NCBI GenBank assembly: GCA_016718265.1
Contig: JADKDZ010000007.1
Coordinates: forward strand, 197,622 to 261,621
Length of the DNA stretch: 64,000 nt
Direction: 5' to 3'
Origin: Uliginosibacterium sp.
GTDB taxonomy: Bacteria; Pseudomonadota; Gammaproteobacteria; Burkholderiales; Rhodocyclaceae
The position numbers and the translations under genes were made by a program. The notes below the pieces were generated by a model. That model did no database searches and had not been told where the DNA came from. It saw only the letters and a program-made list of their open reading frames with translations. This document shows positions 23,524 through 31,884 of this stretch, piece by piece; positions within the stretch are counted from its first letter, which is position 1, and each line of letters starts with the position of its first letter.

Positions 23524-23650
23524 CACAGAACAGCTTTCAGCCCGTCGTTCATAAACGCTTACAAGTCTGTCGGCAAACATTTCGACATATCGAGCAACTT
23601 CGATATATTATCCGTGACACCAGCGTGTGCTGTGTCTCCCCGGAGGATCC

Positions 23651-25405
23651 ATGAGTCGTCAGCCTATCGAAAGTCGCTTCACCGCCTCGGATGGCGAATC
23701 CCTGTTCTACCGCCACTGGCCGGCGCAGACCGCCAAGCCACGCGGCGTGATCGTGATGGCCCATCGTGGCCACGAGCATTCGGGCCGCATGGCGCATGTG
23801 GTCGATGAACTCGATCTGCCCGACTTCGCGTTTTTCGCCTGGGATGCACGCGGTAATGGCCAGACTGGCGGGCCGCGCGGTTTCTCGCCGAGCTTCGGTC
23901 GCTCGATCCGCGATGTGGATGAATTCGTCCGCTTTGCCGCCGCCCAGTACGACCTGCCGCTGAGCGAGGTGGGCGTGATCGCCCAGAGCGTCGGCGCGGT
24001 CACCGTCAGCGCCTGGGTGCATGACTACGCGCCGCAGATCCGCTGCATGACGCTGGCTTCGCCGGCCTTCAAGGTCAAGCTCTACGTGCCGTTCGCCGTG
24101 CCCGGCCTCACGCTGATGCACAAGCTCTTCGGCAACTTCTTCGTCAATTCCTACGTCAAGGCCCACTACCTGACGCACGACCCGGCCCGCATCGCGTCCT
24201 TCAATGCAGACCCGCTGATCGCCCGGCCGATCTCGGTCAACATCCTGCTCGCCCTGTATGAGACCGCCGAGCGCGTGGTGAAGGATGCCGGCGCGATCCA
24301 TGTACCGACGCAATTGCTGATCTCGGGGGCCGACTGGGTGGTGCACCATGGCCCGCAGCACGCGTTCTTCGAGCGGCTTGGCAGCACCGTGAAGGAAAAG
24401 CATGTGCTCGACGGCTTCTATCACGACACCCTGGGCGAGAAGGATCGCAAGCTCGCCCTCGACAAGCTGCGTGCCTTCATCCTCGCGCGCTTCGCGACTG
24501 CCCCGGTGAAGCCCGAACTGCTCGATGCGCACCAGCGCGGCTACACCTTCAAGGAATTCCAGCAACTCAGCCAGCCCCTGCCCGCCCTGAGCCCCAAGCA
24601 GTGGGGATTCGCCCTCACCCGCTTGTCGATGCGCACCTTGGGCCGCCTCTCCTCCGGCGTGCGGCTGGGCTTTGCCACCGGTTTTGATTCCGGCAGCACG
24701 CTCGACTACGTGTATCGCAACGAAGCGCGCGGCCGCGGCCTCCTCGGCAAGCTCTTCGACCGCAATTACCTCGACGCGATCGGCTGGCGCGGCATCCGCC
24801 AGCGCAAGCTCCACGTCGAGCAATTGCTGCAGGACGCCATCGCCCGGCTGCGCCAAGCACAGCGCCCGGTGCATGTGCTCGACATCGCCGCCGGGCACGG
24901 CCGCTACGTTCTGGAGGGCATCGCCAATCTGGCCCAGAAGCCGGATTCGATCCTGCTGCGCGACTTCAGCGAACTGAATGTGGAAAAGGGCAGCAAGCTG
25001 ATCGCCGAGAAAGGTCTGCAGAGTATTGCCCGCTTCGTGCAGGGCGACGCCTTCAACCGCGCCTCGCTCGCCAGCGTCCAGCCCAAGCCCACGGTGGGTG
25101 TGGTTTCCGGCCTCTACGAGCTGTTCCCGGACAACGTCATGCTGCGCGAGTCTTTGGCAGGGCTCGCGGACGCGGTCGAACCCGGCGGCTACCTGATCTA
25201 CACCGGCCAGCCCTGGCATCCGCAGCTCGAATTCATCGCCCGCGTGCTCTCCAGCCACCGCGACGGCAAGCCCTGGATCATGCGCCGCCGCGTGCAGGCC
25301 GAGATGGACCAGCTCGTCGAAGCGGCCGGTTTCACCAAGCTGCAGACGCTGGCCGATGAGTGGGGGATTTTCACGGTCTCGATTGCGAAGCGAAACGAGG
25401 TTTGA
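23651..25405 (+). CDS. Bifunctional alpha/beta-hydrolase / class I SAM-dependent methyltransferase
   Basis: N-terminal half is lysophospholipase-like (HRGHEHSGR, nucleophile elbow AQSVGA). C-terminal half has methyltransferase motif I VLDIAAGHGRYVLE. Start taken at MSRQPIESRF. Confidence 0.8.
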   Translation: MSRQPIESRFTASDGESLFYRHWPAQTAKPRGVIVMAHRGHEHSGRMAHVVDELDLPDFAFFAWDARGNGQTGGPRGFSPSFGRSIRDVDEFVRFAAAQYDLPLSEVGVIAQSVGAVTVSAWVHDYAPQIRCMTLASPAFKVKLYVPFAVPGLTLMHKLFGNFFVNSYVKAHYLTHDPARIASFNADPLIARPISVNILLALYETAERVVKDAGAIHVPTQLLISGADWVVHHGPQHAFFERLGSTVKEKHVLDGFYHDTLGEKDRKLALDKLRAFILARFATAPVKPELLDAHQRGYTFKEFQQLSQPLPALSPKQWGFALTRLSMRTLGRLSSGVRLGFATGFDSGSTLDYVYRNEARGRGLLGKLFDRNYLDAIGWRGIRQRKLHVEQLLQDAIARLRQAQRPVHVLDIAAGHGRYVLEGIANLAQKPDSILLRDFSELNVEKGSKLIAEKGLQSIARFVQGDAFNRASLASVQPKPTVGVVSGLYELFPDNVMLRESLAGLADAVEPGGYLIYTGQPWHPQLEFIARVLSSHRDGKPWIMRRRVQAEMDQLVEAAGFTKLQTLADEWGIFTVSIAKRNEV

Positions 25406-25440
25406 GGAGCGGTGCCGGGTAAACACCTGAGACATCGGAA

Positions 25441-25524
25441 CCCCGTCATTCCCGCGCAGGCGGGAATCCAGCGGCGTTCGCAACGCTGTGCCAGACACTG
25501 GGTCCCCGCCTCGCGGGGACGACG
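25441..25524. repeat. REP-type double-hairpin element, intergenic copy
   Basis: CCCCGTCATTCCCGCGCAGGCGGGAATCCAGCG, then a spacer, then CACTGGGTCCCCGCCTCGCGGGGACGACGG. Each half is a short perfect hairpin (TTCCCGC/GCGGGAA and TCCCCGC/GCGGGGA). Confidence 0.75.
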
Positions 25525-25624
25525 GGAGCCCGGATTCCGGCTTACCGCCTACTTCCAGGCTACCCGTTGCGCTTCTTCGCTGAAGGTCGTCGCCCTCCTG
25601 AAAAATGATTGCGAGAACCTATCC

Positions 25625-27082
25625 ATGACAAATAGTGCCGTCTCCGTCAAACGTCCCTGGCCCTGGGCCCTGCTCTGGGGCGCCCTGCTGGGCACGCTCT
25701 TCTTCACCAGCTATGGCGCGGCCAACCACTTCACCGCCCAGCGCGGCGACGTGGGCAGCTATGTCTTCGGCTGGGAGCACGCGATTCCGCTGCTGCCCTG
25801 GACCATCCTGCCCTACTGGAGCATCGACCTCTTCTATGGCATTGCCCTGTTCGCAGCGCGCAGCAAGGTCGAGCTCTTCCGGCTGGTGCGGCGCCTGCTC
25901 GCTGCGCAGCTGATCTGCATCACGGGCTTCCTGCTCTGGCCGCTGCGCTTCTCCTTCACCCGACCTGCCACCGAAGGCTGGACGGGCGCCTTGTTCGATG
26001 CGCTCACCGGCTTCGATCTGCCCTACAACCAGGCGCCCTCGCTGCACATCTGCCTGCTGGTGGTGCTGTGGCGCTTCTATGCAGACCTGCTCCAGGTCCC
26101 CACACCCCGTCATTCCCGCGAAGGCGGGAATCCAGCGTCTTCCTTCCCACCAGCCGCTGAGCCACTGGGTTCCCGCCTCCGCGGGAACGACGGTCTTAAT
26201 TTGCCAACGCTCCATGCCACGCGCGAACAACCACGAACAACGCGGCACCTCTGGCTCCAGGGCCTACTTCATGTCTGGTTCACGCTGATCGCCCTCTCGG
26301 TGCTCACCACCTGGCAACACCACTTCATCGACGTCCTCTTGGGTTTCTGGGCCGGGGCGCTGTGCCTGCTGCTCGTGCCTGAGAACGAAGCGACGTGGCG
26401 CTGGCGCGGCCATGAGCCGGGCCGCCTGCGCCTGGCCCTCGCCTATCTGGGCGGCGCCTTGCTGGCTGCGGGTCTGGGCTATGCGCGCTTCCCCGCCGCC
26501 AGTGCCTGGCTGTTGTATTGGGCGGCCGCGGCCCTGGCTGGCGTCGCCACGATCTATCTGTTTGGCGAAGCCGCGCATTTCGGCAAGCAGGCGGGGCGCC
26601 TGCCCTGGCGTAGCTGGATGGTCTTCGGCCCTTACCTGATCGGCGCCCGCCTCAATGTCTGGTGGTGGACGCGCACCCTGCCGGCAGGCGCCGAAGTGCT
26701 GGAGGGTGTCTTCCTCGGCCGCCAACCCGACGCCGCCACGCTGGCCCAGCACCAGATCGATTGCGTCGTGGATCTCTGCGCCGAGCTGCCGTTACCTGCT
26801 CGCCCAAGCGCCGCCCGCAGCTTGCCTCTGCTGGATCTCCTCCCGCCCAGCCGCGCGCAGCTTGCCTCTGCAGCCCATGCCATTGAAGAAGCCCGCCAGC
26901 AAAGGCTGCGCGTATGGGTGTGTTGCGCTCTCGGATTCTCGCGTAGCGCGGCAAGCGTGGCCAGCTGGCTGGTCCAGCACCGCGGCCACAGCCCGGAGCA
27001 GGCGCTCGCCAGGATCCGGCAGGCACGCCCGCAAGTGGTGCTCAACCCGGCACTCCTCCAGACCGAGAGCTCGTCCGCATGA
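25625..27082 (+). CDS. Fusion phosphatase: PAP2 (acid phosphatase/lipid phosphatase) domain plus dual-specificity (CX5R) phosphatase domain
   Basis: PAP2 motifs PSLH and TWQHHFIDVLLG in the membrane half. The C-terminal half has the P-loop VCCALGFSRSAA. Start taken at MTNSAVSVKRPW. Confidence 0.8.
   Translation: MTNSAVSVKRPWPWALLWGALLGTLFFTSYGAANHFTAQRGDVGSYVFGWEHAIPLLPWTILPYWSIDLFYGIALFAARSKVELFRLVRRLLAAQLICITGFLLWPLRFSFTRPATEGWTGALFDALTGFDLPYNQAPSLHICLLVVLWRFYADLLQVPTPRHSREGGNPASSFPPAAEPLGSRLRGNDGLNLPTLHATREQPRTTRHLWLQGLLHVWFTLIALSVLTTWQHHFIDVLLGFWAGALCLLLVPENEATWRWRGHEPGRLRLALAYLGGALLAAGLGYARFPAASAWLLYWAAAALAGVATIYLFGEAAHFGKQAGRLPWRSWMVFGPYLIGARLNVWWWTRTLPAGAEVLEGVFLGRQPDAATLAQHQIDCVVDLCAELPLPARPSAARSLPLLDLLPPSRAQLASAAHAIEEARQQRLRVWVCCALGFSRSAASVASWLVQHRGHSPEQALARIRQARPQVVLNPALLQTESSSA
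26105..26193. repeat. REP-type double-hairpin element inserted in frame inside the PAP2/DSP phosphatase gene
   Basis: Same element as 25441-25524: CCCCGTCATTCCCGCGAAGGCGGGAATCCAGCG ... CACTGGGTTCCCGCCTCCGCGGGAACGACGG. It is translated as PRHSREGGNPASS...LGSRLRGNDG between the PAP2 PSLH and HHFID motifs. Confidence 0.75.
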
Positions 27083-27513
27083 AAGCGCAAGCCCTCGCGA
27101 CCCTCACCGCTGCTTTCCTCCACAGCACGCGGCCGATTCAAGCCTTGGGTGGCTTGCTGGCGCTGACGGCAGCCGGCGGCGGCATTCTGGCTGCCAGCCT
27201 TGGCTTCACCTGCGCCAGTGCAGCTTTCGGCCTCGCCTTCAGTCTAACGGCCGTGCTGGCCTGGTACGCGCTGCGCATCCACTTCGACGCCCAAGTCTTC
27301 GCCTGGCTGGCCGCTCAGCCTGAAAGCGAAGCCGCGCTGGCAGACTTCGATGCAGCCCTCGCCATGCTCGGCCTGCGCCAAGGCGGCGATACTCGCGATC
27401 TGGCACCGCGCGCCCGCGGCGCCCGTCGCCTGGTCACGCGGCTGGCCCAGGTCGTTCTGGGGCAGCTCATCCTCGTCCTGCTCGGAGGCGTGTTTCTGTA
27501 TGCGCATCTTTGA
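27079..27513 (+). CDS. Small membrane protein, function unknown
   Basis: 144 aa with 3 hydrophobic segments. The start overlaps the upstream stop (ATGA) and the end overlaps the next start by 14 nt, which suggests translational coupling inside the operon. Confidence 0.55.
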   Translation: MKAQALATLTAAFLHSTRPIQALGGLLALTAAGGGILAASLGFTCASAAFGLAFSLTAVLAWYALRIHFDAQVFAWLAAQPESEAALADFDAALAMLGLRQGGDTRDLAPRARGARRLVTRLAQVVLGQLILVLLGGVFLYAHL

Positions 27514-28123
27514 TCGATTCGTCGGCAGGCTGCTGATCTCGGCCGCACGCCTGCTGACCGGCGCCTATGCCAACTGGCTGGGCTGCAAGCCGGAACCCCG
27601 CCAGCGCCTGTATTTCGCCAACCATGCGAGCCACCTCGATTTCCTGCTGCTGTGGGGCATGCTGCCGCCCGCACTGCGCCACAAGACCCGGCCCGTAGCC
27701 GGCGCGGATTACTGGAACGCCTCGGCCCTGCGCCGCTACGTGATCCATCGCGTGTTTCGCGGCGTATTGGTGACGCGCGGTGGCGGCGCAGCGGGGAGCG
27801 ATCTGCTCGCCCCGCTGCGCGAGGCGCTGGCCGCAGGCGACTCGCTGATCTTCTTTCCCGAAGGCACGCGCTCGCCCGACGGCGAGATCCAGGCCTTCAA
27901 GAGCGGGCTCTACCACCTGGCACACGATTACCCGCAGGTCGAATTCGTGCCGGTGCTGATGGAAAACCTGTCGCGCGTGATGGGCAAGGGCGAGTTCCTG
28001 CCGGTGCCGCTGATCTGCGTGCTGAGCTTTGGCACACCGCTGGCATTGGCGCCTGACGAGGCCAAGCCGGCATTCCTCACCCGTGCGCGTCAGGCCCTGA
28101 TCGACCTGCTGCCCGCGCGCTGA
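27500..28123 (+). CDS. Lysophospholipid (1-acyl-sn-glycerol-3-phosphate-type) acyltransferase
   Basis: Start at MRIFDRFVG. Acyltransferase motifs NHASHLD (HX4D) and FFPEGTRS. Confidence 0.85.
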   Translation: MRIFDRFVGRLLISAARLLTGAYANWLGCKPEPRQRLYFANHASHLDFLLLWGMLPPALRHKTRPVAGADYWNASALRRYVIHRVFRGVLVTRGGGAAGSDLLAPLREALAAGDSLIFFPEGTRSPDGEIQAFKSGLYHLAHDYPQVEFVPVLMENLSRVMGKGEFLPVPLICVLSFGTPLALAPDEAKPAFLTRARQALIDLLPAR

Positions 28124-28152
28124 ACACCTCCCCGCCCCCGACGAGACTCGCC

Positions 28153-29139
28153 ATGACACTCTCCGCCGACCTGCCCCTCCAGCTCTCTGCCCGCGTCCCC
28201 GAAGCCGCCCGCGAGGCGACCCTGTGGCTCTTTCTCGGCGTCGGTGCTGTTCTCGTCTTCGCCAGCCTGGTGGGCGCGCTGCTGCGCTGGCGCCTGGGGC
28301 CCCAGAACAGCGTCGTCGCCAACCTGAATGCGCGCATCAAGGCCTGGTGGGTGATGGTGGCCGTGATCGGCCTGGCGATGCTGGGCGGCCACACCGGCGT
28401 GGTGCTGCTCTTCGGCCTGGTGTCTTTTCTCGCGCTGCGCGAGTTCATCACCCTCACCCACACCCGCCGCGGCGATCATCTCGCGCTGCTGGCCTGCTTC
28501 TTCCTCTTTCTGCCGCTGCAATACCTGTTCGTGTGGCAGAACTGGTACGGCATGTTCTCGATCTTCGTGCCGGTGTACGCCTTCCTGCTGATGCCGTTTC
28601 TCGCCTGCCTCGGCCACGACACGACAAACTTCCTCGCCCGCGCCACGCAGACGCAGTGGGGGCTGATGATCTGCGTCTATGCCATCTCGCACGTCCCGGC
28701 CCTGCTCGCCCTGCAGATCCCGGGCTTTGCGGAGCGCAACCTGCTGCTGGTGATCTTCCTGATCCTCGTCGTGCAGTCCAGCGACGTGCTGCAGTACGTG
28801 TGGGGCAAGCTCCTGGGGCGGCGCAAGATCGCGCCGAATGTGTCGCCCTCCAAGACCCTGGAAGGCTTCCTCGGGGGCGTAGCAAGCGCCACCGCACTCG
28901 GCGCAGCGATGTGGTGGATCACGCCTTTCACGCCGTTGCAGGCGGCCGGCATGGCGCTGGCGATCACGCTGATGGGCTTCGCCGGTGGCCTGGTCATGTC
29001 AGCCATCAAGCGCGACCGCGGCGTGAAGGACTGGGGCCACCTCATCGAAGGCCACGGCGGCATGCTCGACCGCCTCGACTCGGTGTGCTTCTCGGCACCG
29101 ATCTTCTTCCACCTCGTGCGCTACTTCTTTACACCCTGA
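28153..29139 (+). CDS. Phosphatidate cytidylyltransferase (CdsA family paralog)
   Basis: 328-aa polytopic protein. CdsA signature SAIKRDRGVKDWGHLIEGHGGMLDRLDS. Confidence 0.85.
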   Translation: MTLSADLPLQLSARVPEAAREATLWLFLGVGAVLVFASLVGALLRWRLGPQNSVVANLNARIKAWWVMVAVIGLAMLGGHTGVVLLFGLVSFLALREFITLTHTRRGDHLALLACFFLFLPLQYLFVWQNWYGMFSIFVPVYAFLLMPFLACLGHDTTNFLARATQTQWGLMICVYAISHVPALLALQIPGFAERNLLLVIFLILVVQSSDVLQYVWGKLLGRRKIAPNVSPSKTLEGFLGGVASATALGAAMWWITPFTPLQAAGMALAITLMGFAGGLVMSAIKRDRGVKDWGHLIEGHGGMLDRLDSVCFSAPIFFHLVRYFFTP

Positions 29140-29420
29140 GCCCCTGCCTGCACAGCCGCGCGGCACGGGCCTCTGCAGCACTGCCAGCCTGAAACCAAGG
29201 AAAACAAAGGCTCGGCGAAGCATCTACCCGAAGAACAAGGCGGCGTGCGCCTCTACAAGCATCGGCTTAGCGGCCCGGAATTCACACGGGTCGCGCCTTC
29301 CCGCCGGCTGATCGTCGGCGCAGGAAGAGACTGCCAAAACCCGAAAAAGCGGCCTATAGTGGAACCGGGCGCGAAAGCGGTCAGCCCTCGCGCTTTTTGC
29401 CATCCACTCAGGAGGAGTTT

Positions 29421-29555
29421 ATGAGCAATAAGGAACAGCACAGCAACAAGCAGTCGAAGAAAACCCCTGCCCTGACGCTGAAAGAAAAGCGCCAGCACAA
29501 AGCCGAAAAACGCCACTCCAAAACGATCCAGCAGTTGTTCCCCAGCCCGCGCTGA
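29421..29555 (+). CDS. 44-aa lysine-rich basic protein (below the ORF-track cut-off)
   Basis: GGAGGA 4 nt upstream of the ATG. Sequence MSNKEQHSNKQSKKTPALTLKEKRQHKAEKRHSKTIQQLFPSPR. A strong terminator follows at 29627-29655. Confidence 0.6.
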   Translation: MSNKEQHSNKQSKKTPALTLKEKRQHKAEKRHSKTIQQLFPSPR

Positions 29556-29626
29556 CCGCCCCGATACGCTCCCCATCGCGATTCAATTTGCGAACCGGCG
29601 CCTGACCGCGCCGACACCACGATAAG

Positions 29627-29655
29627 ACGCCCCGCTCAGCGGGGCGTTGTTTTTT
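29627..29655. terminator. Rho-independent terminator between convergent genes
   Basis: ACGCCCC GCTCAGC GGGGCGT followed by TGTTTTTT. Confidence 0.8.
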
Positions 29656-29710
29656 GAGGGCGCCTCCACCGATCTTTTGCCCGCCGCGATTCGGCGCTGG
29701 CCGCCCGGGC

Positions 29711-30838
29711 TCAACGCCGGCGTAAGGCCAGATACTGCTGCTGCAGCCCCTGCACCACCGAGTCCAGCCCGTAGTGCTTCACTACCCGCTCGCGCGCGGC
29801 CGGGCCCATGGCGGAGGCATCCTGGCTGAGTTCATCGAGCGCCGCGGCCATGGCATCCGCCTCGTGGGTGACGATTCTGCCGCAGTCGCCGACAATGTCA
29901 CGCGCGTCGCCCACGTCGGTGCTGACGACCGGCACGCCACAGCTCATGGCCTCGACCAGCACGTTGGGGAAGCCTTCGCTGCGCGAGCTGAGCGCGAGCA
30001 CGTCAAACGCCGGATACACCGCGTGCACCTCACTCAGCGGCCCCAGCAGGTAGCAGGCATTCTCCAGCCCAAGCGCTGACAACACACGCATCAACTCGGG
30101 ATTGTCGGCGTCCAGCCCCTTGCCGACGAGCACCGCACGGGCCGTCGGGCGCAGTTTCAGCAAGGCGGCAAAGGCGGCGAGGAACAGGGCGTGATTTTTT
30201 ACCGGGCTCCAGCGGGCGACCATCCCGATCACCGGAACATCGTCGGCCAGGCCCAGTTGGCCTCGCAGGCGAGCGCGTGCGTCCGCGTCGGGCGTGAACA
30301 GCCCGGTATCCACGCCGTTAGGCAGCAGCGCGGTCCGCTCGGCTGGCCAGCCGAGGTTGCGGGCGCAGTACGCGGCACTGCGTGCCGAGACGTTGAAAAT
30401 GGTCGCTACGCGGGCCAGATACAGGCCGGAAAACCGGATCACCAGGCGCGTGAACAGGCTGTGGGCGTGGGCCGCGTCAGGCGTGTCGCGCACGCTCCAG
30501 CACACCGTCGGCGCCGGCTGCAGGCGCGCGGCGGCGAACGAGGCGGCGAGGTTGCCGTGGTACATCCAGCCTTGCAGGATGTCTGGCTGGATTTCGCGCA
30601 CTGCGGCCAGAAAACGTCCGATCTCGGCCAGTGGCCAGCGGCCGGGCGTAAGGCGCAGCATCACCGGCTCAATGCCGATTGCTTGAAAGCGCGGCAGGAG
30701 ATCCTCCTGCTGGCCGAGCACGATCAGGCTCGGCTCAAACAGCTTGCGATCAAGCCGGCTGAGGAGCTTGAGCAAGGCATGCTCGGCGCCGCCGACGCCC
30801 AGCGCAGTGATCACGAAACACAGGCGGATCGGTCTCAT
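29711..30838 (-). CDS. Glycosyltransferase family 4 (GT-B)
   Basis: 375 aa. N-terminus MRPIRLCFVITALGVGGAEHALLKL and a C-terminal E-x7-E-type region (SEGFPNVLVEAMSCGVPVV). Confidence 0.85.
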   Translation of the reverse strand: MRPIRLCFVITALGVGGAEHALLKLLSRLDRKLFEPSLIVLGQQEDLLPRFQAIGIEPVMLRLTPGRWPLAEIGRFLAAVREIQPDILQGWMYHGNLAASFAAARLQPAPTVCWSVRDTPDAAHAHSLFTRLVIRFSGLYLARVATIFNVSARSAAYCARNLGWPAERTALLPNGVDTGLFTPDADARARLRGQLGLADDVPVIGMVARWSPVKNHALFLAAFAALLKLRPTARAVLVGKGLDADNPELMRVLSALGLENACYLLGPLSEVHAVYPAFDVLALSSRSEGFPNVLVEAMSCGVPVVSTDVGDARDIVGDCGRIVTHEADAMAAALDELSQDASAMGPAARERVVKHYGLDSVVQGLQQQYLALRRR

Positions 30839-31878
30839 GGCGCCGGCTCCGCATCAACACTTTCCCACACCCGCAGCCAGGCCATCTTCGCCAGCAGCAA
30901 GCCGATGAAGACCAGCAGCAACAAGCCCGCCGACGCCCCCAGTCGCCACAGAACCAGGCCCAGACCGGCCAGCGCGGCATCCAGCGCCCACAGCATCGGC
31001 ACCGAAAGTTCGACCGAATAGCCCTTGTAGAGCAGCAGATGATGCAGATGGCTGCGGTCGGCGCGCATCGGGCTGACGCCGCGCAGCATGCGCCGCACGC
31101 TCACCGTCACCATGTCCATCACCGGCAGCGCGGCGGCATACAGCAGCAGGACCGAGGGCATCGCCGGACGCGGCCCGCGCGCCAGCATCAGCGCAAACCA
31201 GCACAGCAGCAGGCCCAGCGCCAGGGCGCCGGCATCGCCGAGAAAGACCCGCGCCCGTGCCTGCCAGGGGTGGCGGGCATTGCAGGCCAGAAAACCCAGC
31301 AAAGCGGAAATCAGGCCCGCGATGAGCAGGAAGCTTGTGCCATCGCCGCCTTGCCAGGCCACCACGGCCAGCGTGAGCAAGGCGACCAGCAGATAACCGC
31401 CGGCAAGGCCATCGGCACCGTCGGCCATGTTGATCGCGTTCGTCACCGCCACGATCACCAGCAGCGACACCGGCACCGCCAGCACATCGAGCGGAATGCC
31501 CCCGGCCAGCCCCGGCACGGGAATTGACGCGAGCACGAAGCCGCTGGTGCGCAGCAGAAGCCAGGCGGCAAAGAACTGGGCAACGAGCTTCACACGCGCG
31601 GACAGCGGCCGCATGTCATCCAGGATGCCAACCGCCAGCATCAGCCCCACCGGCACAATCGCATGGCTGAGGTTGCCGCTGATACCGCGCACCTTCACCG
31701 CCAGAATGTAGGCCAACATGATCGCGATGCCACCCACCACCGGCACCGCGCCGACGTGCTGCTTGCGCGCATCCGGCTTGTCGACCAGCGCGAGCCAGGG
31801 CGCGAGCCAGGCCAGCAGCAGACAGGCAGACAGCGCCGTCAGGAAGGGAAACACCACGAAGTTGAAGGTCAGGCCCAT
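30835..31878 (-). CDS. Polyprenol-phosphate HexNAc-1-phosphate transferase (MraY/WecA family)
   Basis: 347-aa polytopic protein. Motifs DKPDARKQH and NAINMADGADGLAGG. The stop overlaps the downstream GT4 start. Confidence 0.85.
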   Translation of the reverse strand: MGLTFNFVVFPFLTALSACLLLAWLAPWLALVDKPDARKQHVGAVPVVGGIAIMLAYILAVKVRGISGNLSHAIVPVGLMLAVGILDDMRPLSARVKLVAQFFAAWLLLRTSGFVLASIPVPGLAGGIPLDVLAVPVSLLVIVAVTNAINMADGADGLAGGYLLVALLTLAVVAWQGGDGTSFLLIAGLISALLGFLACNARHPWQARARVFLGDAGALALGLLLCWFALMLARGPRPAMPSVLLLYAAALPVMDMVTVSVRRMLRGVSPMRADRSHLHHLLLYKGYSVELSVPMLWALDAALAGLGLVLWRLGASAGLLLLVFIGLLLAKMAWLRVWESVDAEPAP

Positions 31879-31884
31879 CTCGGC

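Noticed and set aside
23549-25498. 649-aa minus-strand ORF starting MSGTALRTPLDSRLRGNDG.
   Set aside because: It is antisense to the hydrolase-methyltransferase gene. Its N-terminus is just the translation of the REP element at 25441-25524.
27350-27499. Upstream extension of the acyltransferase ORF (track start 27350), and alternate-frame ORFs 28224-29192 and 28090-28692 over cdsA.
   Set aside because: The extension overlaps the preceding membrane-protein gene in another frame and adds no conserved sequence. MRIFDRF at 27500 gives a normal-length PlsC-type protein. The cdsA alternates lack any motif.
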